From an uncultured Peptococcaceae bacterium (lineage in GTDB: Bacteria > Bacillota > Limnochordia > Darwinibacteriales > Darwinibacteriaceae): a stretch of DNA of 64,000 nucleotides. Both the position numbers and the translations under genes were made by a program. The notes under the pieces were generated by a model, which had not been told where the DNA came from, made no database searches, and saw only the letters and a list, made by a program, of their open reading frames with translations. The DNA is taken from the NCBI GenBank assembly GCA_937988745.1, contig CALKAR010000208.1:13108-77107 (forward strand), given 5' to 3'. Positions 18,678 through 27,766 of this stretch are shown in pieces (the stretch's first letter is position 1; each line of letters opens with the position of its first letter).

Positions 18678-19448
18678 TCAATGTTTCGCATGAAATTTCA
18701 CTAAGTCCCGAGCCAATTCACGGTAGGCAAGCGCCCCCGGGACCTGGATCTTAGTTTCAAAAATAGGAATCCGCTGAGCAGCCGCTTCCGCAAAACGAAT
18801 ACTGCGGTTCACTACATACGGATATAGGTGCAGCTTGGGAAACTCCTGCTTAAGCGTTTTGAGGATCCTTCGAGCGTGCACCGTCCGGCTGTCGAACATA
18901 GTCGGCAGAAGGCCTGCCACTTCCAGATCGCTGTTCAGCTGGCCCCTAACCTTGTTGATCAGTTTCAGGAGAGCGGTTGTTCCCCGCACACTGAGATACT
19001 CACAGGATACGGGAATAATTACTCGATCGGCAGCAGCTAAGGCGTTCAGAGTCAAAAGGCCTAGTGACGGTTGACAATCAATGAGAACAAAGTCGTATTC
19101 GTCACGCACCTCATTGATAATCTTGGTAATACGCCTTTCCCGCGCCGGAGCATTGATCAGCTGGAATTCAGCAATGGACAAGTCAATGTTTGCCGGCAGC
19201 AGATCAACACCGTACTCATTACGGAGAACAACGTCCGTGACCCGAGTACTGCGCAACAGACAGTGATAAATCGTGCGCTCTAGATCTTCCGGTTCGTAGC
19301 CGGCACAGAAGGTTAACCCTCCCTGCGGATCCAAATCCACAAGGAGGACTTGCTGTCCTAGGTCGGCTAAAGCCACGCCAAGATTATATGTAGATGTAGT
19401 TTTCCCTACTCCACCTTTTTGATTGGCGAGGACATAGACAGTTGCCAC
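18678..19448 (-). CDS. ParA/Soj/MinD-family P-loop ATPase (orphan).
   Basis: The deviant Walker A NQKGGVGKTT and DLDPQG motifs. It ends 12 nt before gltX on the same strand. No canonical ParB gene is adjacent. Confidence 0.85.
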   Translation of the reverse strand: MATVYVLANQKGGVGKTTSTYNLGVALADLGQQVLLVDLDPQGGLTFCAGYEPEDLERTIYHCLLRSTRVTDVVLRNEYGVDLLPANIDLSIAEFQLINAPARERRITKIINEVRDEYDFVLIDCQPSLGLLTLNALAAADRVIIPVSCEYLSVRGTTALLKLINKVRGQLNSDLEVAGLLPTMFDSRTVHARRILKTLKQEFPKLHLYPYVVNRSIRFAEAAAQRIPIFETKIQVPGALAYRELARDLVKFHAKH

Positions 19449-19520
19449 CGCTTATCCCTCCTGAACACCCCCTAAGTAGTTCAACAATGAACCACGAAAC
19501 CCTGCCGTCCACGGTTTGGA

Positions 19521-19549
19521 TTGACAAAACACTAGAACTTCCATAAGCT
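19521..19549 (+). promoter_or_regulatory. Candidate sigma-A promoter for the 2-hydroxyacid dehydrogenase gene.
   Basis: TTGACA (19521-19526), a 17-nt spacer, then TAAGCT (19544-19549). Confidence 0.45.
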
Positions 19550-19598
19550 AAAAATGACAAGTCACAATCTACAATTTTTTAGGAGGTTCTCACAACCA

Positions 19599-20576
19599 AT
19601 GTACCGCATTTTCGTAACACGATCCCTCCCAGGCGACGCACTCGAAAATATAAAAGACCGCTTTGATGTAACCGTTTATCCTCTAGATCGGACCATAACA
19701 AAGGATGAACTCATTACATATCTAAAAGATGCCGATGCACTCATTTCCATGCTTTCTGACCCAATCGACAAAGAAGTAATCGACGCTGGAGAGAAACTGA
19801 AAGTCATTGCGAACTACGCGGTCGGCTACAATAACATTGATGTAGAAGCAGCCACAAACCGCGGCATTGCTGTAGTTAATACACCAGATGTACTCACAGA
19901 AGCAAGTGCAGACCTGGCTTGGGCTTTGCTCTTGGCAGTCAGCCGCCGGTTGATTGAAGGAGACACTATGACCCGTGCTGGGAGATTCCGCGGCTGGGCT
20001 CCTGAGCTGCTCCTCGGCGTACCAGTTTACGGTCAAACGCTGGGCATCATCGGCGCCGGACGCATAGGTCAGGCCGTTGCCCGTCGGGCAAAGGGATTCG
20101 GCATGCGCATTCTATACCACAACCGCAACCGGCTTCCAGAACAAGTCGAACGGGACCTCGGCATGAACTATGCATCTCTAGATGAACTGCTGAAAGAATC
20201 AGATTTCGTGTCGCTGCACTGCCCGCTCACTGCTGAGACACGGCACCTTATTGGCCCCCGGGAGCTGAAAATGATGAAATCAACTGCCGTTTTAATTAAC
20301 ACTGCTCGGGGACCAGTTGTGGATGAGCATGCCCTCTTAGACGCACTCCGTAAGAAACAGATCTTTGGTGCCGGCCTCGACGTGTTTGAAAGGGAACCAT
20401 TATTGACACCAGGTCTTGCCGATCTGCCGAATGTTGTGCTTACACCGCATATCGGAAGCGCGGACACTCGCACTCGCTTGGCCATGGTTGACATGATCCT
20501 GAACGATATTACAGCAGTGCTGGAGAATAAGCGTCCAAAGAATCTAGTGAATCCTGAAGTCTGGGAAAGGAGATAA
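19599..20576 (+). CDS. D-isomer-specific 2-hydroxyacid dehydrogenase (glyoxylate/hydroxypyruvate reductase-like).
   Basis: GIIGAGRIGQAVARRA NAD-binding fingerprint and the catalytic-region sequence NTARG..VD...L and TPHIGSA. Start ATG at 19599 after AGGAGG. Confidence 0.85.
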   Translation: MYRIFVTRSLPGDALENIKDRFDVTVYPLDRTITKDELITYLKDADALISMLSDPIDKEVIDAGEKLKVIANYAVGYNNIDVEAATNRGIAVVNTPDVLTEASADLAWALLLAVSRRLIEGDTMTRAGRFRGWAPELLLGVPVYGQTLGIIGAGRIGQAVARRAKGFGMRILYHNRNRLPEQVERDLGMNYASLDELLKESDFVSLHCPLTAETRHLIGPRELKMMKSTAVLINTARGPVVDEHALLDALRKKQIFGAGLDVFEREPLLTPGLADLPNVVLTPHIGSADTRTRLAMVDMILNDITAVLENKRPKNLVNPEVWERR

Positions 20577-20580
20577 AATT

Positions 20581-20760
20581 ATGCGCAAGAGGCTGGTGCG
20601 TTCCCGTGATCGGAAAATAGCGGGAGTATGCGGCGGAATTGCTGACTACCTCGGGATCGATCCAACTGTGATCCGGCTCATCTGGCTGATTGCACTTTTA
20701 GTCTACGGCACAGGCGGTTTCCTCTATCTAATCTGCTGGATTGTCATACCAGAGTACTAA
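20581..20760 (+). CDS. Small PspC-domain protein (59 aa), not in the supplied ORF track.
   Basis: My translation is MRKRLVRSRDRKIAGVCGGIADYLGIDPTVIRLIWLIALLVYGTGGFLYLICWIVIPEY*. It has the same PspC signature as the 11938 gene. It starts 5 nt after the preceding stop. Confidence 0.7.
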   Translation: MRKRLVRSRDRKIAGVCGGIADYLGIDPTVIRLIWLIALLVYGTGGFLYLICWIVIPEY

Positions 20761-20815
20761 GCGAATCATGAACAAAGGCTCCGGACATCTTATCAGATGA
20801 AAGGAGCCTTTGCTT

Positions 20816-22822
20816 ATGAGTACGCTGACAATTCAAACTAACCGGCTGCGCAAAGCTGATTCTCCTTATCTTCTTCAACATGCTGAAAACCCAGTCCAGT
20901 GGTTCATGTGGGGTCAAGAGGCCCTCGATAAAGCGCGTGAGCTTGATCGGCCTATCTTCCTCAGCATTGGCTACAGTACCTGTCACTGGTGCCACGTAAT
21001 GGCCCGCGAATCCTTTGAAGATGAAGAGATCGCCAATATGCTCAACAAACGCTTTGTCCCCATCAAGGTTGATCGGGAGGAACGGCCTGATATCGACATG
21101 ATTTATATCAATGCGTGCCTAGCTGCGACGGGTAGTGCAGGCTGGCCTTTGACTGCAATCTGCACCCCTGAAGGCCGGCCATTTTTTCTGGGAACCTACT
21201 TCCCTCCGCGGACCAAGCGCGGTATGCCAGGTCTTTTGGAAATCCTGACCACCATTTCTGAACATTGGAAGAAAAGCCGCTCGCAAGCAGAAACGGCAGC
21301 ACTGGAAATCATGGCAGCCGCTCAGCCATCCCTTCCAAAAGGTGATGAAATCCAGCCACTACCCCAGCTAGTGCAGAGAGCGGTAGACGGCTTTAAGGCA
21401 GCCTTCGATCCAGAGTACGGTGGCTTTGGACACGCTCCTAAGTTCCCCACACCGACCAACCTGCTCTTTCTTCTCCGGCAGTGGGATAAAACACGCGATC
21501 AACATCTACGGGATATAATCGAGATCAGCCTCATCGGTATGTATAGAGGCGGTGTATTCGATCACATCGGATATGGCTTCCATCGATATGCCACCGACCG
21601 ACAGTGGCTAGTACCCCACTTTGAGAAGATGCTCTACGATAACGCCCTCCTAGCCCTAACATACATCGAGGCTTTCCAAGCTTTCGGCGAGCCTCTCTAC
21701 CGCAGTGTTGCCCAGAAAATATTCCGATACGTCCTGCGTGACATGCAGCATCCAGATGGCGGTTTCTATGCTGCGGAAGACGCAGACTCTGAAGGCGAAG
21801 AAGGTACCTTCTATCTCTGGACCAAAGGAGAGATTCTTCACGCCCTTCCTAGCCCCATTGGGGAGCAGTTTTGTCAGCTTTATGACATCACGGAAGAGGG
21901 CAACTTCGAAGGAGGGAGTATCCCAAATCTGATTAATGCCCCTGAGGAGCAGGTGCGCAACTTCGCCGAAATGCAGAACTGGCTTGAAGAACTTCAGCGT
22001 CGGCGCACATACCGTGAGCGCCCAGGTCTGGACAATAAGATCATTACCGCTTGGAATGGACTAATGATCGGTGCACTGGCTCGCGGGTACCGTGTTCTTG
22101 GCGATGAGAATCTTCTGCAGGCAGCCCGTGCCGCTGTTCAGTTCATCCTCGACAATCTAGTCGATGGAGAAGGGCAGCTGTATTCAACGTTCCGGAAGCG
22201 CCGAGGAACCCTTGGCTTTCTTGACGACTATGCGTTTCTTTCTTTCGGTCTATTAGAGCTTTACGAAGCCTGTCAAGACGACTACTACCTAGAGCTAGCA
22301 GAACATTTCATGAGCGATCTCCTCACACTGTTCGAGGACAAACACGGACCTGGTTTGTTCTTCACGAGTCCGAATGTGACAGATCTGCCTATTCGTCCCA
22401 AGAGCCTGGAGGATGGTGCCATGCCTTCGGGAACTGCAGTAACCTTGTGGAATCTGGTCAAACTGGCGGCTATCAAGCCAGATGTTCGCTGGGAAAAAAC
22501 TCTCAATAGATTAGCCCGAGGTGCTGCTCCGGCAGCCGAGAAACAGCCCTGGCACTTCCCAGCCTTATTGATAGCCCTGGGCACGGCACAGGAACCTCCG
22601 CTGGAAATCACATTTATCGGCGATTTATCAAGCAGCGCCTTCCAAGACCTGTGGGCAGCCGTCAACAGCCACTATCTGCCCGATGCAGCTCTGAAATTCG
22701 ATCCAGGGCCTGAAAACGGACGCTGTACTGCACAAGTATGTCTGCACCAGCGTTGTCTGCCGCCCACTTCAGATCCTGACAAACTGCTCGAAATTTTGGA
22801 TACAAAAAAAGCCAGCATTTAG
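20816..22822 (+). CDS. Thioredoxin-domain protein of the DUF255/YyaL type, with an (alpha/alpha)6-barrel C-terminal domain.
   Basis: NRL....[18 protein letters not shown]....[21 protein letters not shown] is the characteristic N-terminus. About 668 aa. Confidence 0.85.
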   Translation: MSTLTIQTNRLRKADSPYLLQHAENPVQWFMWGQEALDKARELDRPIFLSIGYSTCHWCHVMARESFEDEEIANMLNKRFVPIKVDREERPDIDMIYINACLAATGSAGWPLTAICTPEGRPFFLGTYFPPRTKRGMPGLLEILTTISEHWKKSRSQAETAALEIMAAAQPSLPKGDEIQPLPQLVQRAVDGFKAAFDPEYGGFGHAPKFPTPTNLLFLLRQWDKTRDQHLRDIIEISLIGMYRGGVFDHIGYGFHRYATDRQWLVPHFEKMLYDNALLALTYIEAFQAFGEPLYRSVAQKIFRYVLRDMQHPDGGFYAAEDADSEGEEGTFYLWTKGEILHALPSPIGEQFCQLYDITEEGNFEGGSIPNLINAPEEQVRNFAEMQNWLEELQRRRTYRERPGLDNKIITAWNGLMIGALARGYRVLGDENLLQAARAAVQFILDNLVDGEGQLYSTFRKRRGTLGFLDDYAFLSFGLLELYEACQDDYYLELAEHFMSDLLTLFEDKHGPGLFFTSPNVTDLPIRPKSLEDGAMPSGTAVTLWNLVKLAAIKPDVRWEKTLNRLARGAAPAAEKQPWHFPALLIALGTAQEPPLEITFIGDLSSSAFQDLWAAVNSHYLPDAALKFDPGPENGRCTAQVCLHQRCLPPTSDPDKLLEILDTKKASI

Positions 22823-22844
22823 CTGGCTTTCACTGTTCTTAATA

Positions 22845-22919
<75 letters not shown>

Positions 22920-23060
22920 ACAAGCACTATCCATACTTTAGCACAGGGTTTATTTCAAGTCAAGCCCCTTTTTTCTATTTGTCACCAATACAATTCTCCT
23001 CTCATATCCTGTTATGAGCCGCAGGACTGCGGTATTTGCAAGGAAAAGGAGGATTGTACC

Positions 23061-23831
23061 TTGGAGAAGCCTGATAAAAAAGTCGAACAACAGCAGCCCT
23101 GTGGGAACTGCGAACCTTATACTCTTCAAGAAGGTGAAACATTCTACTCAGTAGCCGAGAAACACTCACTAACCTACGACCAGCTCGCCGAACTGAACGC
23201 TCACCTAAGCGACCCCACAGCGGTAGGTCCTGGGGATGTACTGAAAATTCCCACAGCAGAAACGCAAGATGTGGGTGAAGTGCAAGCTGAGACACAGCAG
23301 ACTGTTGTCTGCCCACCGGGCACCTTTAGGTATACGGTACAGCCTGGCGATTCAATGTTCCTCATTGCCCAACGATTTGGTGTATCCCTAGATGCCCTCA
23401 TAGCAGCTAATCCACAAATTCCTAATCCAGCCCTAATCTTCCCAGGTCAGATTGTCTGCGTTCCGACCAGTCCAGCTCCACCACCACCAGTCTGTCCACC
23501 CGGTACCTTTAGGTACACTGTCCGGCCCGGTGACTCGATGTGGCTGATCGCACAGAGATTTGGGGTCTCACTGAATGCCCTGATCGCTGCAAACCCACAG
23601 ATCACAAATCCCAGTCTGATCTTCCCAGGACAGGTCATCTGTGTTCCAAGTTCACCCCCAACAGTGTGCCCACCGGGGACTTTCCGCTACACGGTTCAGC
23701 CCGGTGACACCATGTTCAACATTGCACAAAGATTTGGCGTATCCCTCAATGCTCTAATTGCCGCTAACCCACAGATTCCTAATCCAAATAGAATTACACC
23801 TGGGCAAATAGTCTGCGTTCCAACCCGGTAA
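23061..23831 (+). CDS. Protein with four LysM domains and no signal peptide (SafA-like architecture).
   Basis: One divergent LysM (YTLQEGETFYSVAEKH...) is followed by three near-identical modules, CPPGTFRYTVQPGDSMFLIAQRFGVSL.ALIAANPQI.NP..I.PGQ.VCVP. I chose TTG at 23061, 8 nt after AAGGAGG, because the track ORF start lies inside tRNA-Asn. Confidence 0.8.
   Translation: MEKPDKKVEQQQPCGNCEPYTLQEGETFYSVAEKHSLTYDQLAELNAHLSDPTAVGPGDVLKIPTAETQDVGEVQAETQQTVVCPPGTFRYTVQPGDSMFLIAQRFGVSLDALIAANPQIPNPALIFPGQIVCVPTSPAPPPPVCPPGTFRYTVRPGDSMWLIAQRFGVSLNALIAANPQITNPSLIFPGQVICVPSSPPTVCPPGTFRYTVQPGDTMFNIAQRFGVSLNALIAANPQIPNPNRITPGQIVCVPTR
23310..23828 (+). repeat. Three in-frame tandem coding modules (periods 183 and 174 nt), each encoding one Cys-flanked LysM unit.
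   Basis: The modules start at 23310, 23493 and 23667. The protein repeats are highly similar, while the DNA differs at many synonymous positions. Confidence 0.8.
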
Positions 23832-23888
23832 ATCTGAGTGTGAAACCTGTACTTTCTGGCAATACTAAGCCAAGGAGGTGCAGGTTTC

Positions 23889-24143
23889 ATGCTTAAAGCT
23901 GAAGTTTCCGTCTACCCATCAGATGAATCAGGGCAAACTGCTCACCCAGTGCAGCGGTTCATGCATGAAATGGGCCTTGATTACGATTTTCGACAGGAAC
24001 CACCATCTGTCAACACAAGTCTTTCCGGCAGTGCCCGCCAAGTATTCAGTACTGTCCAAGAAATTTTCGAGACAACCGCACAGCAGGATGAAGACGTGGT
24101 AATGGTTGTTACGTTCTATCAAATAGGTACGCAAAAAAATTGA
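23889..24143 (+). CDS. Small protein, possibly of the MTH1187/YkoF-like (DUF77) family.
   Basis: 84 aa starting MLKAEVSVYP, with the beta-alpha-beta pattern of DUF77. The similarity is weak and the call is tentative. Confidence 0.35.
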   Translation: MLKAEVSVYPSDESGQTAHPVQRFMHEMGLDYDFRQEPPSVNTSLSGSARQVFSTVQEIFETTAQQDEDVVMVVTFYQIGTQKN

Positions 24144-24163
24144 TGAAATACATTGTTAAAGTC

Positions 24164-24192
24164 TTGACGAATTCTCCCCTCCGTGATAATCT
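24164..24192 (+). promoter_or_regulatory. Candidate sigma-A promoter for the FMN-binding protein gene.
   Basis: TTGACG (24164-24169), a 17-nt spacer, then TAATCT (24187-24192). Confidence 0.4.
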
Positions 24193-24253
24193 GAAGGTGG
24201 GCCGGTAAGTGAAAGACCCCACTATTGCAAATGTCACGAACGGAGGTAGAGAA

Positions 24254-24946
24254 ATGAAAAGATTGAGTCTTGTGTTGGCGCTGGTTCTCGTACTCTCACT
24301 GAGCGTTGGAGCCCTCGCCGGAAACTGGATCGATGGCACATACGAAGGCTATTCTGATGCAGGTGCACGCAGCTTCCAGTATGCTAAGGTTTATATTGAA
24401 AATGGAGAAATCGTCGCCGTTACTCTGCGTGAGTTCACCGATAAGTATCTGGAGAAGGATCCCAACAACTACAACTGGCCACAGTTCGGTGAGGCTCTCC
24501 GCACTCTCGGTGCAAGATTTGTTGAAGCCCAAGGCACCGATGTAGATATCGTTACTGGTGCTACCGGCAGCTGCACTGGCTGGATTCAAGCGGTAGAACG
24601 CGCGCTCGTTAAGGCAAGCCCTGATAAACCAAATAAGAAATACTTTGATGGCACCTTTATGGGTCGTTCCCACTACGATGGCAACCGCGGTTATTACAAA
24701 GTAGTATGGGTAACCATCGAAAACGACAAGATCGTTGACTACAAAGTACAGCGTGTTCTCCCCGATGGAAGCATTCAAGATCCTGCCGAATATAACTGGC
24801 CTCTCGAACAGGCTCGCGAAGCCTATAAGAAGGCTGCAATCGATAGCACTCCTGGATATGTTGATACTATCAGCGGTGCTACCGGCTTGACTTATATGTC
24901 CAATATCGCTGTCCGGGACGCCCTGGATGCTGCTTCTATCAACTAA
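24254..24946 (+). CDS. Secreted protein with two FMN-binding (FMN_bind) domains.
   Basis: Signal peptide MKRLSLVLALVLVLSLSVGALA, with no lipobox Cys. There are two flavinylation-type motifs, DIVTGATGS and DTISGATGL. Start ATG at 24254 after GGAGG. Confidence 0.8.
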   Translation: MKRLSLVLALVLVLSLSVGALAGNWIDGTYEGYSDAGARSFQYAKVYIENGEIVAVTLREFTDKYLEKDPNNYNWPQFGEALRTLGARFVEAQGTDVDIVTGATGSCTGWIQAVERALVKASPDKPNKKYFDGTFMGRSHYDGNRGYYKVVWVTIENDKIVDYKVQRVLPDGSIQDPAEYNWPLEQAREAYKKAAIDSTPGYVDTISGATGLTYMSNIAVRDALDAASIN

Positions 24947-24964
24947 ATAGATATATTTAGGCCC

Positions 24965-24994
24965 AAAAAAGCACCCCTCAGCGGGTGCTTTTTT
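24965..24994. terminator. Bidirectional intrinsic terminator between convergent genes.
   Basis: Stem GCACCC/GGGTGC, flanked by A6 on the left and T6 on the right. Confidence 0.7.
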
Positions 24995-25670
24995 ACGCAA
25001 AGATGGCAGCCAAAATCACAGCAAGAATAATGCTCGGAAGAAGATTTCCTGCTCGAATCTTTGTGGCTCCAACCATATTCAATCCTAATGCAAAGACCAA
25101 CAGACCACCTGTAGAACTGAGCTCGGCCAATACTGCTTCGTTGAAAAGAGGAGAAATAAGACGAGCCAGCAGAGCAATACTCCCCTGATAGATAAAGACC
25201 GAAACTGCCGAAAACGCCACGCCTATACCAAATGAAGCTGTAAAAAATATGGAGCTGAGTCCGTCTAGAATTGCCTTAGCATACAAGACCTGATGGTCGT
25301 TGTAGAGCCCGCTGTTCAGCGAACCGATCACTGCCATAGCGCCCACACAGAAGACCAATGTCGCCGTCATGAAGCCATTACTGAAGTCCCCGCTTGAATG
25401 ACCCAGCTTATTCCCAAGGCTAACACCAATCCGCTCCAAACGCCCCTCTAAATCAAGAGCCGCCCCAAGCGCCCCTCCCATGGCCAGCGCTGCGATAGGA
25501 ATCAGGAACTGCTGACTTTCTAAAGCCATATCAAATCCGATGAGGCAAACCGCCAGACCGAGTCCCTGTGTAATCGTATCTCTGACATCGTCCGCAACCT
25601 TGACTAGACGGCCAAGGATGCACCCGACCAAAATTGCAGCAGTATTTGCAAAGACACCAGCGAAGACCAA
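24993..25670 (-). CDS. DUF554-family membrane protein.
   Basis: Polytopic and Gly/Ala-rich, with an N-terminus (GVFANTAAILVGCILG) like DUF554. I chose TTG at 25670 after GGGAGGG. Confidence 0.7.
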   Translation of the reverse strand: MVFAGVFANTAAILVGCILGRLVKVADDVRDTITQGLGLAVCLIGFDMALESQQFLIPIAALAMGGALGAALDLEGRLERIGVSLGNKLGHSSGDFSNGFMTATLVFCVGAMAVIGSLNSGLYNDHQVLYAKAILDGLSSIFFTASFGIGVAFSAVSVFIYQGSIALLARLISPLFNEAVLAELSSTGGLLVFALGLNMVGATKIRAGNLLPSIILAVILAAIFA

Positions 25671-25767
25671 TCTACATTTCCCTCCCAACAAATGCCAGAC
25701 CCCGTTTCAGCATAATGAACAGCCCCTGTCCAAACAATATAAGGGAATAAAAAAAGGGGGTCATTTC

Positions 25768-26079
25768 GTGTCTAACCAATATGTAGTAAATCAGATCAAA
25801 CAGATTCTGCAGCAGATGCAGCAGAGTGAAGCGCGCAATGCTCAGCTCCTTCAACAATTGCAGCAAGCTGAACAACAAGCGGTCCAGCAGACACGCCAGC
25901 TGCAGCAACTTGTTTCCCAAATCGATACCAATTTGCCTGTCGGCCAAACAATGCAGAGCGGGTACGGATATCAAACAGTTCCCCAATTCTCAGAAGGGAC
26001 CAGCAGTTTCTTCGGAAACTACAGCCAGCCCAAGGATTTCAGCCAACAGGGCTTCAGCTACAGCGGCACACAGTTCTGA
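25768..26079 (+). CDS. Gln-rich coiled-coil small protein, function unknown.
   Basis: GTG at 25768 follows AAGGGGG. The N-terminal half is QQ-rich heptad-like (IKQILQQMQQSEARNAQLLQQLQQAEQQAVQQTRQLQQL) and the C-terminal tail is S/G/Y/F/Q-rich. The longer track ORF overlaps the DUF554 gene antisense. Confidence 0.5.
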   Translation: MSNQYVVNQIKQILQQMQQSEARNAQLLQQLQQAEQQAVQQTRQLQQLVSQIDTNLPVGQTMQSGYGYQTVPQFSEGTSSFFGNYSQPKDFSQQGFSYSGTQF

Positions 26080-26093
26080 CGGCAGACATTATC

Positions 26094-26139
26094 AAGGGAG
26101 ATGTTAGGTTAGATTCTACACTACCTCACATCTCCCTTT
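26094..26139. terminator. Long hairpin between the convergent Q-rich gene and fabI.
   Basis: 11-bp stem AAGGGAGATGT/ACATCTCCCTT with a 23-nt loop, followed by only a short T-run. Confidence 0.45.
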
Positions 26140-26144
26140 GAGTA

Positions 26145-26915
26145 TTATAAGCCCATGATATTAAATCCTGTATCCACGAAAATGGTTTCCCCAGTTATTC
26201 CACTGGCCAAGTCACTGACAAGGAAAGCTGCTGTATTCCCCACTTCCCTGCTGTCGACATTGCGCCGCAGCGGGGCTTTTTCAGAATGGTAGTCGAGAAT
26301 GTCCACAAATCCAGAAACCCCTCGTGCGGCTAGAGTATTGATTGGACCTGCAGAAATTGCATTTACCCGAACGTCATCAGGGCCTAAGTCGCTCGCAAGG
26401 TACCGAACACTTGCCTCAAGCGCTGCTTTCGCCACGCCCATCACATTGTAATTTGGAATTACCTTTTCGGAACCGTAATAGGTAAGCGTGACGATCCCTG
26501 CACCAGGATTCATAAGGCCTCGAAAAGCTCTAGATAGAGCAACTAGAGAATACGCACTAATGTCGAGGGCTGTCGAAAAAGCTTCTCGACTCGTTTCAAT
26601 GTAGGGCCGTTCCAAAGCTTCCCGAGGAGCAAAAGCCAAAGCGTGCACTAAACCATCAAGTTTGCCTGCGCTTCTTTCAACAGCAGCAACCGCTGCCTCG
26701 ATCTGGCTGTCAATAGTGACGTCACACTCGATAAGCGCCAATGGAGGACGGCTCAATTCACCAAGAAGAGCCTCGACCTTCCCCCGAGCCCGTTCATTCT
26801 GAACGCCTAAGATAAGTTCCGCTCCCTGCTGATCCATTGCCTGAGCGACAGCCCAAGCGATACTGTATTTGTTAGCGATATTGAATATGGCAACACGTTT
26901 ATTCTGGAGAATCAT
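26145..26915 (-). CDS. fabI: Enoyl-[acyl-carrier-protein] reductase (NADH), FabI type.
   Basis: 256 aa SDR with an IANKYSIAWAVA N-terminus, and with YNVMGVAKAALE (Tyr...Lys) in the active-site region. Confidence 0.9.
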   Translation of the reverse strand: MILQNKRVAIFNIANKYSIAWAVAQAMDQQGAELILGVQNERARGKVEALLGELSRPPLALIECDVTIDSQIEAAVAAVERSAGKLDGLVHALAFAPREALERPYIETSREAFSTALDISAYSLVALSRAFRGLMNPGAGIVTLTYYGSEKVIPNYNVMGVAKAALEASVRYLASDLGPDDVRVNAISAGPINTLAARGVSGFVDILDYHSEKAPLRRNVDSREVGNTAAFLVSDLASGITGETIFVDTGFNIMGL

Positions 26916-27003
26916 ACATACACCTCAATTCTTTCAAGGTTATCCTGTATGATTACCCAAATGCTGAAACTAATCCTGCACACCACACCTGCGCCTTGGT
27001 ACT

Positions 27004-27040
27004 AAAAAAGGTGCATCGGGTAAGTTCCCAACCGCACCTT
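27004..27040 (-). terminator. Intrinsic terminator downstream of rex.
   Basis: Stem AAGGTGC/GCACCTT. The plus-strand A-run gives a U-run on the minus transcript. Confidence 0.5.
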
Positions 27041-27049
27041 TGAAAACTG

Positions 27050-27706
27050 TCACGACTTTTTCGCTCTTTCATTTAAGCGGAATGACAAGCGGAGCAGGCT
27101 GTCTGTTAGATGCATATGCTCCACGAGAACATCGTCGGGTACCTGCAGATGAATGGGGGAGAAGTTCCAAATACTTCGGACTCCGTTTTTCACCAAAGTA
27201 TCACAGATATCCTGACTCACATCTCCTGGCGTGGCAATGATGCCGATGTCTGTAGGATTTTCCTGCAGGTAGTTCTCTAAGTTATCGACATGCTGAATGA
27301 TGCAGCAGGCATGATAATTGCCCACCAGGTGTTCATCTATATCAAAGATGGCCCGAATTTCAAATCCCCGTTTGCGGAAATTTTCATAGCTGGCAAGCGC
27401 CTTGCCCAGATTACCTGCTCCTACTAAGACCATGGCATAAGTACGGTCCAAACCAAGAATACGGCTGACGTGATGCAGCAGTTCACTTACATCGTATCCA
27501 TAACCCTGCTGTCCAAATGAACCGAAGTAGCTCAAATCAGAACGAATCTGGGCAGCCGTAAAATTCAAAGCTTCGCCTAATTGGGCTGACGACACACGAT
27601 TGACACCCTGGTCACGCAGCGCAGTCAAATAGCGCAGGTAAATCGGCAGCCGGGTCACCACACCTGCGGGAATCCCTTTGTCTTTCTTGCGTTCTCTGGA
27701 AGACAT
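27050..27706 (-). CDS. rex: Redox-sensing transcriptional repressor Rex.
   Basis: RLPIYLRYL..L...G..RVSS..L.......AQIR.DLSYFG, followed by the Rossmann motif VGAGNLGKAL. Confidence 0.92.
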   Translation of the reverse strand: MSSRERKKDKGIPAGVVTRLPIYLRYLTALRDQGVNRVSSAQLGEALNFTAAQIRSDLSYFGSFGQQGYGYDVSELLHHVSRILGLDRTYAMVLVGAGNLGKALASYENFRKRGFEIRAIFDIDEHLVGNYHACCIIQHVDNLENYLQENPTDIGIIATPGDVSQDICDTLVKNGVRSIWNFSPIHLQVPDDVLVEHMHLTDSLLRLSFRLNERAKKS

Positions 27707-27766
27707 TTTGCTTCCTCCTCAAATTAAACTCTCTTATTCTCGCAGTTGTCTTCGACACGGCCAACC

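Noticed and set aside
23310-23828. Tandem 174-183-nt repeats considered as a possible CRISPR-like or satellite array.
   Set aside because: The repeats are in frame and encode LysM modules. They have no spacers and are too long and too divergent at DNA level for a CRISPR array.
24296-25000. 234-aa minus-strand ORF opposite the FMN-binding protein gene.
   Set aside because: The plus-strand gene has an RBS, a signal peptide and two flavinylation motifs. The antisense translation has no recognisable features and runs through the intergenic terminator.
25540-25767. Upstream extension of the Gln-rich ORF (179-aa version).
   Set aside because: It overlaps the DUF554 gene antisense. An RBS-preceded GTG at 25768 begins the compositionally coherent part.
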